From contig JBEKPY010000032.1 of the NCBI GenBank assembly GCA_049520275.1, forward strand, positions 26,277 to 90,276: 64,000 nucleotides of DNA, read 5' to 3'. Shown here piece after piece: positions 8,896 through 19,705 of the stretch. Made by a program: the position numbers and the translations under genes. This DNA is from Bryobacteraceae bacterium (GTDB taxonomy: Bacteria; Acidobacteriota; Terriglobia; Bryobacterales; Bryobacteraceae). Within the stretch, counting starts at the first letter, position 1. Each line of letters begins with the position of its first letter. The notes under the pieces are model-generated. The model did not search any database, was not told the DNA's origin, and worked only from the letters and a program-made list of their open reading frames with translations.

Positions 8896-11800
8896 GGGGT
8901 CTTTCCTCTCGACTTTGTGTGAAATGCCAGATCGATTGCCACTTTGACCGTTTGTCGCGGCTGCACCGGATCGAGAGGAATGCTGTGCAGCCGGACGCCG
9001 CCGTCGTTCGCGGCGTAATTCAGAATCGTTTGGAATCCCTCGGCCAGCCGGCGCACGGTGGACTCCTGGAACAGCGAACCGTTGTACACCACATTCATGT
9101 CGATAACTTCGCCGGTGGGCTCGGCCAGAATCCAGAAGTCGGTCATTGCTTCCGCCGCGGTCGCTTCCAGTTCGGGATAGGCCTTCTCGGAAATGCGCAA
9201 GCGCCGGGAGCCGTTCTCGCGGCGAGCCAGACGTTGATTCTGAAGCGTGAATCCAACATCGAAGAGAGGATTCCGTTCGAAACTCCTCTTCACTCCCAGT
9301 TGCTCGACAATTCGATGCAGCGGATAAAGCTGGTTGGCGTGAGCTTCGAGTGTCGTCTCGCGAACTCGATCGAGCAGAATGTCGAACGGGTCGGACCCGG
9401 CAACCGTCGTCCGCAGCGCCACGACGTTCAGATACGGCCCAATCTGATTCTGCAACTCCGTGCGCACCCGTCCCGCTAAAGGCGATCCGACGACGATGTC
9501 GTCACTGCCGGTACTTCGATAGAGGAGCGTTTTGAGGACCGCCAGCATGACCATGAACTGCGACGCGCCATGGCGCCTGCCGATCACATCGACCTGCCGC
9601 GTCTGGTCCGCGCCCAATTGAAAGCGATAGGACTGGCGGCGGTATCCGCGCGCCTCCGAACGCGGTACGTCCGAAGGAAACTCGAGCGGCAGCAATTCCC
9701 CCGCCAGCTTGTGGAGCCAGTAGGTTCGCATGTCCGCTCCCCGCTCTCCGGCAAGAAGTTCGTTCAGCCATGCGGCGTAATCCTTGTAGTGAATTGGCAG
9801 CGGTTCCAGATTCGACGTCCGGCCATCGGCCAGGGCATCGTATGCCTGCTTGAACTCGTCGATCAGGATTTCGATCGATACGCCGTCGGTAACGATGTGG
9901 TGCATGGCGCAGGCGCATAGATGTCTCATCCCGCCCAGGCGGACGAGGGTCACGCGAAGGAGCGGCCCGGTCGCCAGATCCATGGCCGGGGAGGCCTCCC
10001 GTTGCAGGATGCGCACCGCTTCCGCTTCCGGATCGCCCGCGCCGCTCGCATCGAATCGGGCGGCGGCGAACCGGGATTCATCCGGGGCGAGCACCTTTTG
10101 TCTGGGACGATGCTCCAGCGCGGGAAAAACCGTTCGCAGAATCTCGTGCCGCCGGATGAGCGTCCGAAATGCTTCGTCGAAGAGCTCCTCGTCCAGATTC
10201 CCTTCGATGAGAAAGCACCCGGGGAGCATTGCGCCCTGTGCCTGGCCAGTCTGTTCCTGCACCCACAAGCGCATCTGGAACGGCGCCAGCTCATAGGTAT
10301 CCTGCCGCGCCGTGGGAAGGATCGGCTCGTAGCGGGCGCCCCCGCGGCGCGCGATTTCCCGCGCCAGACCCGCGATGGTCGGGTGAGAGAATATGCCGCG
10401 GATCTCCAGATCGCTGGTCATCTCTTCGTGAATCCGCGCCGCTACGCGAGTGGCGGATAGCGAATTGCCGCCGATCTCAAAGAAGTTGTCGAAGACTCCG
10501 ATTCTGGACTTGCCGATGGCTTCCCGCCAGATGACCGCCAGTTTTTCTTCCATGGCATCGCGAGGCGCCGCGTAAAGGGTGCGAACACCCGGATCGGGCA
10601 GCCTGGCGCGATCCACTTTTCCATTCGGAAGCAGAGGGAATTCCTTCAGGACCACAAACCGCGCCGGCGTCATGTACTGCGGCAGCCGGTCCTGCAAATG
10701 CCGGCCGAGGGGCGCCAGGACTTCTTCCTCCGAATGGTCCGACGCGACATAAGCGATCAACAGGGCGGATTCGCCTTCCTCGCGCAGCACGACAATGGCG
10801 TCGCGCACAAACGGATGCAGGGTCAGTGCGGCTTCAATCTCTCCCAGTTCAATACGGAACCCTCGCAACTTGATCTGCGTGTCGGCGCGGCCAAGGAACT
10901 CGATATTGCCGTCTTCGCGAAAGCGGGCGAGGTCGCCGGTCCTGTACAGCCGTTCGCCTTCCTGATAGGGATCTGCGATAAAGCGCTCGCGGGTCAACTC
11001 GGGGCGATTCAGATACTCGCGCGCCAGGCCGGAACCGCCGATATACAGCTCGCCGGCGATGCCCGGAGGAACCGGTTGCAGGTGACGGTCCAGGATGCGG
11101 GCTTTCTTGTTGAGCAAGGGCCGGCCGATCGAGGGCGCCAATTCGTCATCCCGCTCCACGATCGCGCCCGTCGAATAGACGGTGTCCTCGGTCGGCCCGT
11201 AGATATTGAGCACCTGGCGGACCGCCGTCTGCCGGTAGATTCGCTGCACGATGCTGCGAAGCAGGCGTTCGCCGGCGAGCTGGAAAGTGTTGACCGACTC
11301 GGGCAAAGGTCCGGACCTCAGTAGTTCCGGCACAACCGACGGCACCGTACTGACCAGCGTTACTTCGTTGGCCGAGGGCAGTCGTGGCAGATCGAGCGCG
11401 TTCTCCGCAATGACCACCGTACCCCCGCATGCAAGGGGGACGAAGATTTCGAAGACGGATACGTCGAAGCAGACGGAAGTGGAGAACAGCACGCCTCGAA
11501 GCTGCTCGGGCGCATAGAACGAGCAGGCCCAATCCACCAGTCCGCTGAGGCCCGCCTGAGTGATGGCGACACCCTTCGGTTTCCCGGTGGAGCCGGAAGT
11601 GTAGATGACGTACGCCAGATCCTGCGGCTGCACTGTGGCTGGGGACGCCTCCGCCGGCGGGTGCTCGCCATCGACAAACACAAGCCGGGCTGCGTGCTTC
11701 GAAAGCACAAGGGCGCAGGCCCGATCCGTGAGCAGGACATCGATGCCCGCGTCGTCGAGCATCGACTCCAGCCTGGCTTTGGGGTACTCGGGATCGAGCG

Positions 11801-14800
11801 GAACATAAGCGCCACCCGCCTTCCACACCGCCAGCAATCCCGCGATCAGGTCTGCTGTCCGGCCGGCACAAATCCCCACCCTTGTCTCCCGCCGGACTCC
11901 GAGCTTTGCCAACTCGCCCGCGATGCGCATGGCTCGGTCATTGAGCTGGCCGTACGAAACCCTGCGTTCGCGATCGACGACCGCCGTGCGCTGAGGATCG
12001 CGCGCCACCTGTTCCTCGAACAGCGACAGGGCGGAAGCGGCCGACGCTGGAAGAACCGGGCCGTTCCACATTGCGGCAAGCGCCGTCATTGCCGGCTCGG
12101 ATAGCAGCGGCATGCGGGAGATGGCGGCGTCCGGATCGGCAACGGCGGCGCGAAGAAGCGTCTCGTAGATCTCAAGAAATCGCCGGACCGTCTTCGGTTC
12201 CAGGACATCGCTGCTGTAATCGCAATCGATGTGAAGTTCCGAACCCGCATCGGTGACGTTGACGCTCAGATCGAAGGCGACAAATCGAACCTCGGGCTCG
12301 GCCGGTTGCAGGGTCAGTCCTGGAATCTCCGGAAACCGGGAGACCGGCTCCAGGTTAAAGACGACGGAAATCAACGGCGACGCGCCAGCTCCCCGGCGCG
12401 GTCCCAGCTCGCGCAACAACTCCGCGAAGGGATAATCCTGATGTTCCATTCCATCGAGCAAGGTCTGCCGGCTCTGCAGCAGGAACTGACGGAACGAAGC
12501 GTCCGCATCGAAGCGGCTGCGCACCGGCAACAGGTGCGTGCAGTAGCCCGCGACACTCTGGCCCTCACGGGAGAATCTGCCAGTCACCGGAAGACCTACG
12601 ATGAGGTCGTCCTGTCCAGTAATCCGGTGCAGAAGGACGTTGAACACCGCGGTCAGCGTCGCGTATAACGTGCAGCCATGGGAGCGCGCGAGCAGGCGAA
12701 GCCCATCCGCGAGGGCGGAGTCGATACGCTGGGTGAGACGTCCGCCCCGGTACGTGTTGAGCGCGGGTCGCGCGCGATCTAATGGAAGCTGCACGGACGG
12801 ACTATCGGGCCCGGTCTGTGCCAACCAGTAATCGCGATGCGCCTGCATTTCGCGCGATTCCATCCGGTTCGCGGCCGCCGCAAGGTACTCGCGGAACTGC
12901 GTCGGCCTGGCAGGAACGTTCCTGCCCGAATAGAAGTCCGCAATCTCGCCCACTAACAGCGCCATGGAAGCGCCATCGGAAATGATGTGGTGCGCAGTGA
13001 GACTGAGGATGTGCCGGCTATTCTCACGCTGGACCAGATTCGCACGGAACAACGGACCTTCCAGCAGGTTCATCGCTTCCCCGGAATCGGGCTTGTCCTC
13101 GAGCGCAACCTTGAATTTCGACGCCGGCCAGACGATTTGTTCCCGATCTGACGCGATGGTGGTGCGCAGGGCCTCGTGCCGTTCGATGACCCGTTGAATC
13201 GCCTGCCGGAGACGATCGCGATCCAGTTCACCCACCAGCTCGACGCTCGTGTTCACGTGATACGCCAGGTTCCCGCCGCGTTCGATCTGGCTCAGCAGCC
13301 AGAGTTGACGCTGCGCCTCGCTCAAGGGGACGCGAACCGCCGCATCCACCCTGGCATCCGGAAGCCATCCGCCGCAGCGCAGCTCGGCGATGGTTTCGTC
13401 GATGGCGGCCGCGAACCTCCGGAGATCCTCCTCAGTGTGCGCGGTCGACAGGAAGCACGTGCGCCACTCCCAGATGTAGATTCCCTTCTCCAGAAGGTGA
13501 TAGAAGAACAAGTCCAGATTCGAAGAAAACTCGAACCGGAACATCGACCCGAAGTGCGCGACCCGGATCGGCACATTGCCCTCCTCGAAGGACCCGTTCA
13601 ATTGCTCCGCGAACTCAGCCGTCCGTTTGTTCAGGCGATCCTGTGTGGCGCCCTTGTCATCCAGCAGGTAGCGCAAAACGGCCCGCGCGGCCGCCATCGA
13701 AAGAGGATGCTGGCAGAATGTACCGCCGAATGCGGTGCGCTCCGCGGCGGGGAACGATCCGTCGCCGTACTGCCACATTCCGCCGTCGATGCCATCCATG
13801 AACCGTGCCTTGCCGGCCACGACGCCTATGGGCAGTCCGCCGCCGGCGACTTTGCCGTACGTGGCAAGGTCCGCTTCAATGCCGAACCAACCCTGCGCCC
13901 CCTTCGGATGAACGCGGAGGCCGGTGATCATTTCGTCGAAGATCAGGGCCGCGCCACACTCGGTGGTGATCCTGCGGAGTTCCCGCAGGAAGTCTCCAGG
14001 CTGCAGGGAGGGGTTCCGCGATTGCACGGGCTCCACCATGACGGCCGCCAACTCGCCGCCGAGCGCACGGACCTCTTCGAGCGCCTCCTCGGCGCCGTAT
14101 TCCAGCACGGCGATGTCCTCGACGGCGCCGGCAGGCACTCCCGGCGCAACCGCGACCGTTTCCGTCTTCCCGCCCTGAACGCGCGCTGCCGCCAGCGTTC
14201 CGTCGGAATGGCCGTGATAGGAATGCGTAAAGATGACGATCTTCGTGCGGCCCGTGGCCGCGCGTGCAAGCCGCATCGCGGCCATCACCGCCTCAGTTCC
14301 GCTGTTGGAGAACGCAACGCGCTGGTGTCCCGTCAACCGGGTGAAGAGGGTGGCCACTTCGCCAACCAGATCCGAACGCGCTCCGAGCTCCACGCCACGA
14401 CGGAACTCCTCTTCAATGGCTCGGTTAATAAACTCCGGCTGGTGGCCGAACAAGTGGACGCCAAAGCCCATCGTGAAGTCGACGTAATCGTTCCCGTCAA
14501 CGTCCCACAGCTTCGATCCCTGCGCGCGTACACCCACGATGGGATAGAGCATTTCCTTCGTGGAGAATCGAAAACCCACCGTTGCGCGGCTGTCCGCCAG
14601 CACCCCACGCGACTCCTGGACCATTTCCCTGGATCGCCGGGTGCGTCCGTTGTAGCGGGCCACCAGGTCCTCCAGATGCTCCCGCTGTGTCCGGCTGAGT
14701 CCCTGCGTTGCAGGCGAAACGGGCGCCCCCCAAGGCAGCAGAGGCGCGGCACGCTCCGGTGCAACAGGCGCGGCGGAAGGGGAAGGCCTGTGAGGTTCCA

Positions 14801-17800
14801 GCGCCGGAACATTGTGTGGCGGAACTTTCATCTGCCGCAGCATCTCCATCTGCTGGGCGATGATCTGTTGCACCATCCTGTTCTGCTCCGCGATTACCCG
14901 TTCGATCACCGTCGGCGCGTCCGCCGACGACGGTTCGGAAATGGGCGGCGGCGCCGTGGCGGGAAGAACCCGATCGATATGATCGGCCAGGGCTTTCAGT
15001 GTGGACAGATCCTCGAAGAAGTTGCGGATGGCGAGTTTCACGCCATACTCGCGTTCGATGGACTGCAGGACGTCCATCAGCACGAGTGAGTCTGCGCCCA
15101 TTTCAAGGAATGGTGTTGTCTCGCCGACGTCCGCGGCATCGGCGTGAAGGAACGTCGCGACGACGGCTTTCAGCCGGAGAAGAATGCTCTCACGGCGCGG
15201 CCCGACGATCGCATCTTCGTGTTTGGCTGGAGCCTGCACGGTCCTCGGCGATTCCTTGAACCAGATCCGAACGCGGTGGAATGGACGATGTGGCAACGGC
15301 GGCCGGCGGCCTGGCTGGCCAGCAAGAGCTGGCTGCGGCGCTTCCTCGAGCAGCACATGCGCGTTGGTCCCGCTCGCTCCGAACGCACTGACACCCGCGA
15401 TGCGCTTTCGCTCGCCGCGCTTCCAGGGAGTCTGTTCGCGACAGATTTCCAGCGGCAGCTCACTCCAGGAGATCAGGGGGTTGGGATTGCGCACGTGCAG
15501 ACTCGCAGGCAGTTGCTCATGCTGGAGCGCCAGCAGAACCTTGATCACCCCCGCAACGCCCGCGGCCGATTCGGCATGGCCAATGTTCGACTTCACCGAG
15601 CCGATCCGTAGCTTCCCGGGCCGCTCCCCGCCGTCACCGAACACCGCCGCGAGAGCGCGTACCTCGATGGGGTCTCCGAGTTGCGTGCCGCTCCCATGAG
15701 CCTCGACATAGTCCACCTGGGAGGGCGCGACGACGTCTGCCAGGGCCTTCCGGAGCACCGCTTCCTGTGCCCGCCCGTTCGGAACAGTGAAGCCGCTGGA
15801 GGCGCCGTCATGGTTGACGGCCGAGCCACGAATCAGGGCGAGGATGGAATCGCCATCCGCGAGCGCTCTGGATTCCGTCTTCAGGACCACAACTCCGCAG
15901 CCCTCGCTCCGCACGAATCCATTGGCCGATTCATCGAAGCTCCGGCAACGCCCATCGGGAGAGAGCGCGTGGGTCCGGCAGACCGCCACGGTTGTTTCGG
16001 GCGCAAGGATCAGGTTCACGCCGCCGGCAAGCGCCATGCCGCATTCGCCGTTACGCAGGGCCTGGCATGCCTGGTGAATCGCGACCAGCGACGACGAGCA
16101 GGCGGTATCCAGAGCCATCGCCGGGCCGGTGAGCCCCAGAGTGTAGGATACGCGCCCGGCAGCGGTGTTCAGAGGATTGCCGGTGAAGAAGTAGCTGTCG
16201 ACGCCGTTGTTCCCGCCATTCTGCATCAGCAGATGCGCGTAGTCGTGGGTGGTGATGCCCACGAAGACTCCGGTCTGGCTGCCTTTCAGGTCCGCCGCCG
16301 GAATTCCGGCGTTCTCCAGCGCTTCCCAACTCACTTCGAGCAGCAGGCGATGTTGCGGGTCCATGCTCTCCGCTTCGCGTGGTGAAATGCGGAAAAAAGC
16401 CGGATCGAACAGGTCGACGTCGCGCAGGAAGCCGCCATGACGCGTATACATCTTGCCTGGGTCGTCCGGATTGGAACTATAGTGCTGGTCCAGACTCCAG
16501 CGCTCGCGCGGGACCTCCGAGATCGCGTCGATGCCGTCTCGCAGGACGCGCCAGTAGCTCTCACCGTCAATCGCGTCGCCGGGAAATCGGCACCCGAAGC
16601 CGACGATGGCGATGGCTTCGCTCTTTTCCGCCGGCGCCACGGGCGCTTCCACTGGCGCGTCGCCCAGAAGGTAATCCGCAACCGCCTCGATGGTTGGATT
16701 GTCGAATATCAAAGTGGCGGGGAGCGCGCGGCCCGCACAGGCTTCCAGGCGCGTGCGAAATTCGAGCGCGAGCAGGGAATCCATGCCCATGTCGAAGAAG
16801 CCCCGGTCCCGCTCCGGAAGCGTGTCTCGTAACTGCAGGACCTCCGCCGTCTCGCGCTGAAGGAAGCGAATCAGTTCGTCGCGCGACCGGGGCAGCGACG
16901 GGGTTCCCGCGGCATGGGCCGCTTTCCCCTGGTCCATTCGAGCCAGCAGGAGCCGATGTCCGCGGGCTTCATAGGAGCCTCGGAACAAAGGCCAGTTGAC
17001 ATCCGCCACGATTGTCTGAGTCTCCCCGCTGCCGAGAAGCTTTCCCAGGGCCGCGAGGGCCTTGTCGGTGGCGAGCGGATTGACGCCGGCACGCCGCAGC
17101 AGCGCGTCCGATTCCGCGGTATTCATGCCTCCTTCGGCCCAAGGACCCCAGTTGATCGTCAATGCCGGCAAGCCACGTGCGCGTCGATGATGTGCCAGAG
17201 CGTCGAGGTACCGGTTTGCCGCGGCGTAATGAGCCTGGCCGCGAGAGCCCCATACCGATGCGATCGAGGAGAAACAGACGAAGAAGTCCAGCTCCAGGCC
17301 TCGCGTCAGCTCGTGCAGTACCTGGGCGCCTTGCACCTTGGGCCGCAACACCGCGTCCCATTCGCCCGGGCCGATTTCGTCGAATGCCCGATACCCCGCA
17401 ACGCCGGCGGCATGAATGACGCCACGCAGGGCCGGCCCGCAGGAGGCGAGCAGGATATCCATCTGCTCCCGCTCGGCCACGTCGGCGCGCTCGCAACGCA
17501 CCGCGATTCCCCGCGCTTCGAGGGCAGCAATAGCGGCGCGCGCCTGGTCGGTCCGCGGCCCTGCTCTTCCCACCAGAATCAGTTGCCGCGCTCCCCGATC
17601 GGCGAGCCAGCACGCGACTCGCAACCCCAGGGCTCCGAAGCCACCCGTGACCAGGTAAGCGTGGCCGGGCGCGATCTTCAGTTCAGCGGCGCTTCTCGGC
17701 TCCGCTTTCGCCAGTCTGGGAACCAGGCGTTTGCCGCCTCGGAAGGCAACCAGGTCCTCAGGACCGCCGGAGGCGATCTCATGGATCAGACTTTCGACCT

Positions 17801-19697
17801 CACCGGGAGCCGAAGCCGCATCCAGATCGATCGCCGCGCCCGCGAGTTCGGGATGCTCCAGAAACAACACCTTCGCCAATCCCGTCAGGGGCGCCTGTGC
17901 GACACCATCCAGTTCGGGCGCGCCGGCGGCTTCCGTCGCGCCGCGGGTGATCAGCCAGATCCTCGATGGTTTTTCTGTTCGTCGCGCTGCCGCTTGCGCC
18001 ATGTCCAGCAACAGATGTGCGCACCCGGGATCGTCCAGCCCTTTCATGAAGACGATCCGGTCGAAAGATCCCGCATGGAGCGACTCGACGTCCTCCCCCA
18101 GAACGCAGCGGATTGCTCGCGCCTCCGCAAGCTTCGCCAGATTCTCCGCCAGGTCCCCGCGATCGCGAACGATGAGCCACGATTCTTCCCCGGCCGCAAT
18201 GGAGGGCGCTGGCGGCGCCTGCTCCCAATCGACCCGATAGAACCAGTCCGGCGCCGATGCCTTCGCATTGCGCTTGCCGGCCAGTGGATAGTGCTGCCGC
18301 TGGAAGGACAGCCCTGGATTCTCTTTCGCAGGCGCCGCTTCGTTGGTTTCGGGCGGCTCCTCGACGATCGCGTGAGCGTTGGTGCCGCTGAACCCGAAAG
18401 CGCTCAGTCCGGCGATGCGCCGGACGCCCCCCCGTTTCCATTCCACCGGCGCAGCGGCCACGCGAACGCGGATCTCATTCCAGGAAATGTGCGGATTGGG
18501 CTCGCGAAAATGCAGGCTCGCGGGAATACGGCCATTCTGAAACGCCAGCAGAATCTTGATCAGCCCGGCGATGCCGGATGCCGGTTCGAGGTGCCCGATG
18601 TTCGTTTTCACCGAACCGGTCCACAGGGCGGCTTCGCTATCGCGACCCTGGCCGTAAGCGCTCGCCATGGCTTCGATCTCGATCGGGTCTCCCAGGGATG
18701 TGCCGGTACCATGCGCCTCCACGTATCCGACCTGGCGCGGCTCCAGCCCCGCATCCGCCAGGGCGCGTTGAATGACCGAGCGCTGCGCCGCCACGCTGGG
18801 AACGGTCAGCCCGCCGCTCGGTCCGCTGTGGCCAACGGCGGTGCCGCGAACGATTCCGAGAATATTGTCCCGGTTGCGAACCGCATCCGCCAGGCGCTTC
18901 AATACCACCACGCCACAACCCTCGCCACGGCTGTACCCGTCGGCCGACGCATCGAAGGATTTCGACAGTCCATCCGCGGACAACATGTGCGCCCGTGAAA
19001 ACGTGGCCATGACGGCGGCAGACAACATCAGATGAACGCCACCCACGAGCGCGACTTCGCTCTCACCGGACCGAAGACTCTGGCACGCGAGATGGAGGCA
19101 CACCAGCGACGAGGAACACGCCGTGTCGACGGCCATGCACGGACCGGTCAGTCCCAATAGATAGGACAACCGTCCTGCCGCGGCATTGAGGGCGCTGCCC
19201 GTGCCGGCGTAGGCCCCGGCTTGCTCGAGCTCCGCACCCAGCAACACGGCATGATCGAAACAAGTGATTCCGAGAAAGGTGCCGACCGGGCGTTCGTAAA
19301 GGCTGCCGGGCGCAAGCTTCGCGTTTTCGAGCGCCTGCCAGGCCACTTCCAGCAGTATCCGTTGCTGCGGGTCCATGCTGGCGGCTTCCCGAGGCGAGAT
19401 TCCGAAAAACGGAGCATCAAAATCCTCGATGCCTTCAATAAAACCACCCCTCCGGACCGGCATCGAAGTGGCATCCCAACGCTCGGCCGGAACATCCCGG
19501 ATCGCACAGATACCCTTGTCCAGAAGCTGCCAGAAGGACTCGGGACTATTGCACCCTCCCGGAAACCGGCAGCTCATTCCAATGATGGCGATCGGCCCGT
19601 TTCTCGAGGCACGCAGCGCCTCGATTTCCGCGCGCCTCTGCCGCAGCTCTTCGAGAGCCGTCTTCAGCGTTGCGGCGTGATTTGGATTGGAACTCAT
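8892..19697 (-). CDS. Hybrid PKS/NRPS megasynthase: KS-KR-ACP-KS-ACP-aminotransferase(AMT)-C-A-T-C
   Basis: Track ORF 8892..20183; the first 162 codons look like junk, and the likely start is the ATG at 19697 (MSSNPNHAATLKTALEELRQRRAEIEALRAS docking helix). Two KS domains with Cys/His/His intact (TACSSSL, VEAHGTGT / VEAHGSGT, NIGH), no AT. KR (Rossmann VTGGFGALG... YAAAN). Two ACPs (GMDSLLALEF, GADSLVLMDV). Class-III PLP aminotransferase / GSA-aminomutase-like domain (FSNSGTEAVMAAMRLARA, YGKVAGGGLPIGVVAG). Then C (HHIISDGAS), A (YTSGSTGKPKGV), PCP (FFEIGGNSL), C (HHIVTDGVS). Confidence 0.9.
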   Translation of the reverse strand: MSSNPNHAATLKTALEELRQRRAEIEALRASRNGPIAIIGMSCRFPGGCNSPESFWQLLDKGICAIRDVPAERWDATSMPVRRGGFIEGIEDFDAPFFGISPREAASMDPQQRILLEVAWQALENAKLAPGSLYERPVGTFLGITCFDHAVLLGAELEQAGAYAGTGSALNAAAGRLSYLLGLTGPCMAVDTACSSSLVCLHLACQSLRSGESEVALVGGVHLMLSAAVMATFSRAHMLSADGLSKSFDASADGYSRGEGCGVVVLKRLADAVRNRDNILGIVRGTAVGHSGPSGGLTVPSVAAQRSVIQRALADAGLEPRQVGYVEAHGTGTSLGDPIEIEAMASAYGQGRDSEAALWTGSVKTNIGHLEPASGIAGLIKILLAFQNGRIPASLHFREPNPHISWNEIRVRVAAAPVEWKRGGVRRIAGLSAFGFSGTNAHAIVEEPPETNEAAPAKENPGLSFQRQHYPLAGKRNAKASAPDWFYRVDWEQAPPAPSIAAGEESWLIVRDRGDLAENLAKLAEARAIRCVLGEDVESLHAGSFDRIVFMKGLDDPGCAHLLLDMAQAAARRTEKPSRIWLITRGATEAAGAPELDGVAQAPLTGLAKVLFLEHPELAGAAIDLDAASAPGEVESLIHEIASGGPEDLVAFRGGKRLVPRLAKAEPRSAAELKIAPGHAYLVTGGFGALGLRVACWLADRGARQLILVGRAGPRTDQARAAIAALEARGIAVRCERADVAEREQMDILLASCGPALRGVIHAAGVAGYRAFDEIGPGEWDAVLRPKVQGAQVLHELTRGLELDFFVCFSSIASVWGSRGQAHYAAANRYLDALAHHRRARGLPALTINWGPWAEGGMNTAESDALLRRAGVNPLATDKALAALGKLLGSGETQTIVADVNWPLFRGSYEARGHRLLLARMDQGKAAHAAGTPSLPRSRDELIRFLQRETAEVLQLRDTLPERDRGFFDMGMDSLLALEFRTRLEACAGRALPATLIFDNPTIEAVADYLLGDAPVEAPVAPAEKSEAIAIVGFGCRFPGDAIDGESYWRVLRDGIDAISEVPRERWSLDQHYSSNPDDPGKMYTRHGGFLRDVDLFDPAFFRISPREAESMDPQHRLLLEVSWEALENAGIPAADLKGSQTGVFVGITTHDYAHLLMQNGGNNGVDSYFFTGNPLNTAAGRVSYTLGLTGPAMALDTACSSSLVAIHQACQALRNGECGMALAGGVNLILAPETTVAVCRTHALSPDGRCRSFDESANGFVRSEGCGVVVLKTESRALADGDSILALIRGSAVNHDGASSGFTVPNGRAQEAVLRKALADVVAPSQVDYVEAHGSGTQLGDPIEVRALAAVFGDGGERPGKLRIGSVKSNIGHAESAAGVAGVIKVLLALQHEQLPASLHVRNPNPLISWSELPLEICREQTPWKRGERKRIAGVSAFGASGTNAHVLLEEAPQPALAGQPGRRPPLPHRPFHRVRIWFKESPRTVQAPAKHEDAIVGPRRESILLRLKAVVATFLHADAADVGETTPFLEMGADSLVLMDVLQSIEREYGVKLAIRNFFEDLSTLKALADHIDRVLPATAPPPISEPSSADAPTVIERVIAEQNRMVQQIIAQQMEMLRQMKVPPHNVPALEPHRPSPSAAPVAPERAAPLLPWGAPVSPATQGLSRTQREHLEDLVARYNGRTRRSREMVQESRGVLADSRATVGFRFSTKEMLYPIVGVRAQGSKLWDVDGNDYVDFTMGFGVHLFGHQPEFINRAIEEEFRRGVELGARSDLVGEVATLFTRLTGHQRVAFSNSGTEAVMAAMRLARAATGRTKIVIFTHSYHGHSDGTLAAARVQGGKTETVAVAPGVPAGAVEDIAVLEYGAEEALEEVRALGGELAAVMVEPVQSRNPSLQPGDFLRELRRITTECGAALIFDEMITGLRVHPKGAQGWFGIEADLATYGKVAGGGLPIGVVAGKARFMDGIDGGMWQYGDGSFPAAERTAFGGTFCQHPLSMAAARAVLRYLLDDKGATQDRLNKRTAEFAEQLNGSFEEGNVPIRVAHFGSMFRFEFSSNLDLFFYHLLEKGIYIWEWRTCFLSTAHTEEDLRRFAAAIDETIAELRCGGWLPDARVDAAVRVPLSEAQRQLWLLSQIERGGNLAYHVNTSVELVGELDRDRLRQAIQRVIERHEALRTTIASDREQIVWPASKFKVALEDKPDSGEAMNLLEGPLFRANLVQRENSRHILSLTAHHIISDGASMALLVGEIADFYSGRNVPARPTQFREYLAAAANRMESREMQAHRDYWLAQTGPDSPSVQLPLDRARPALNTYRGGRLTQRIDSALADGLRLLARSHGCTLYATLTAVFNVLLHRITGQDDLIVGLPVTGRFSREGQSVAGYCTHLLPVRSRFDADASFRQFLLQSRQTLLDGMEHQDYPFAELLRELGPRRGAGASPLISVVFNLEPVSRFPEIPGLTLQPAEPEVRFVAFDLSVNVTDAGSELHIDCDYSSDVLEPKTVRRFLEIYETLLRAAVADPDAAISRMPLLSEPAMTALAAMWNGPVLPASAASALSLFEEQVARDPQRTAVVDRERRVSYGQLNDRAMRIAGELAKLGVRRETRVGICAGRTADLIAGLLAVWKAGGAYVPLDPEYPKARLESMLDDAGIDVLLTDRACALVLSKHAARLVFVDGEHPPAEASPATVQPQDLAYVIYTSGSTGKPKGVAITQAGLSGLVDWACSFYAPEQLRGVLFSTSVCFDVSVFEIFVPLACGGTVVIAENALDLPRLPSANEVTLVSTVPSVVPELLRSGPLPESVNTFQLAGERLLRSIVQRIYRQTAVRQVLNIYGPTEDTVYSTGAIVERDDELAPSIGRPLLNKKARILDRHLQPVPPGIAGELYIGGSGLAREYLNRPELTRERFIADPYQEGERLYRTGDLARFREDGNIEFLGRADTQIKLRGFRIELGEIEAALTLHPFVRDAIVVLREEGESALLIAYVASDHSEEEVLAPLGRHLQDRLPQYMTPARFVVLKEFPLLPNGKVDRARLPDPGVRTLYAAPRDAMEEKLAVIWREAIGKSRIGVFDNFFEIGGNSLSATRVAARIHEEMTSDLEIRGIFSHPTIAGLAREIARRGGARYEPILPTARQDTYELAPFQMRLWVQEQTGQAQGAMLPGCFLIEGNLDEELFDEAFRTLIRRHEILRTVFPALEHRPRQKVLAPDESRFAAARFDASGAGDPEAEAVRILQREASPAMDLATGPLLRVTLVRLGGMRHLCACAMHHIVTDGVSIEILIDEFKQAYDALADGRTSNLEPLPIHYKDYAAWLNELLAGERGADMRTYWLHKLAGELLPLEFPSDVPRSEARGYRRQSYRFQLGADQTRQVDVIGRRHGASQFMVMLAVLKTLLYRSTGSDDIVVGSPLAGRVRTELQNQIGPYLNVVALRTTVAGSDPFDILLDRVRETTLEAHANQLYPLHRIVEQLGVKRSFERNPLFDVGFTLQNQRLARRENGSRRLRISEKAYPELEATAAEAMTDFWILAEPTGEVIDMNVVYNGSLFQESTVRRLAEGFQTILNYAANDGGVRLHSIPLDPVQPRQTVKVAIDLAFHTKSRGKTP

Positions 19698-19705
19698 GGC
19701 GCGAT

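Noticed and set aside
9921-19035. Numerous plus-strand ORFs of 100-694 aa (e.g. 13176..15089, 16914..18998, 15681..16385)
   Set aside because: All antisense to the 3601-aa megasynthase, which has unambiguous domain motifs along its whole length.
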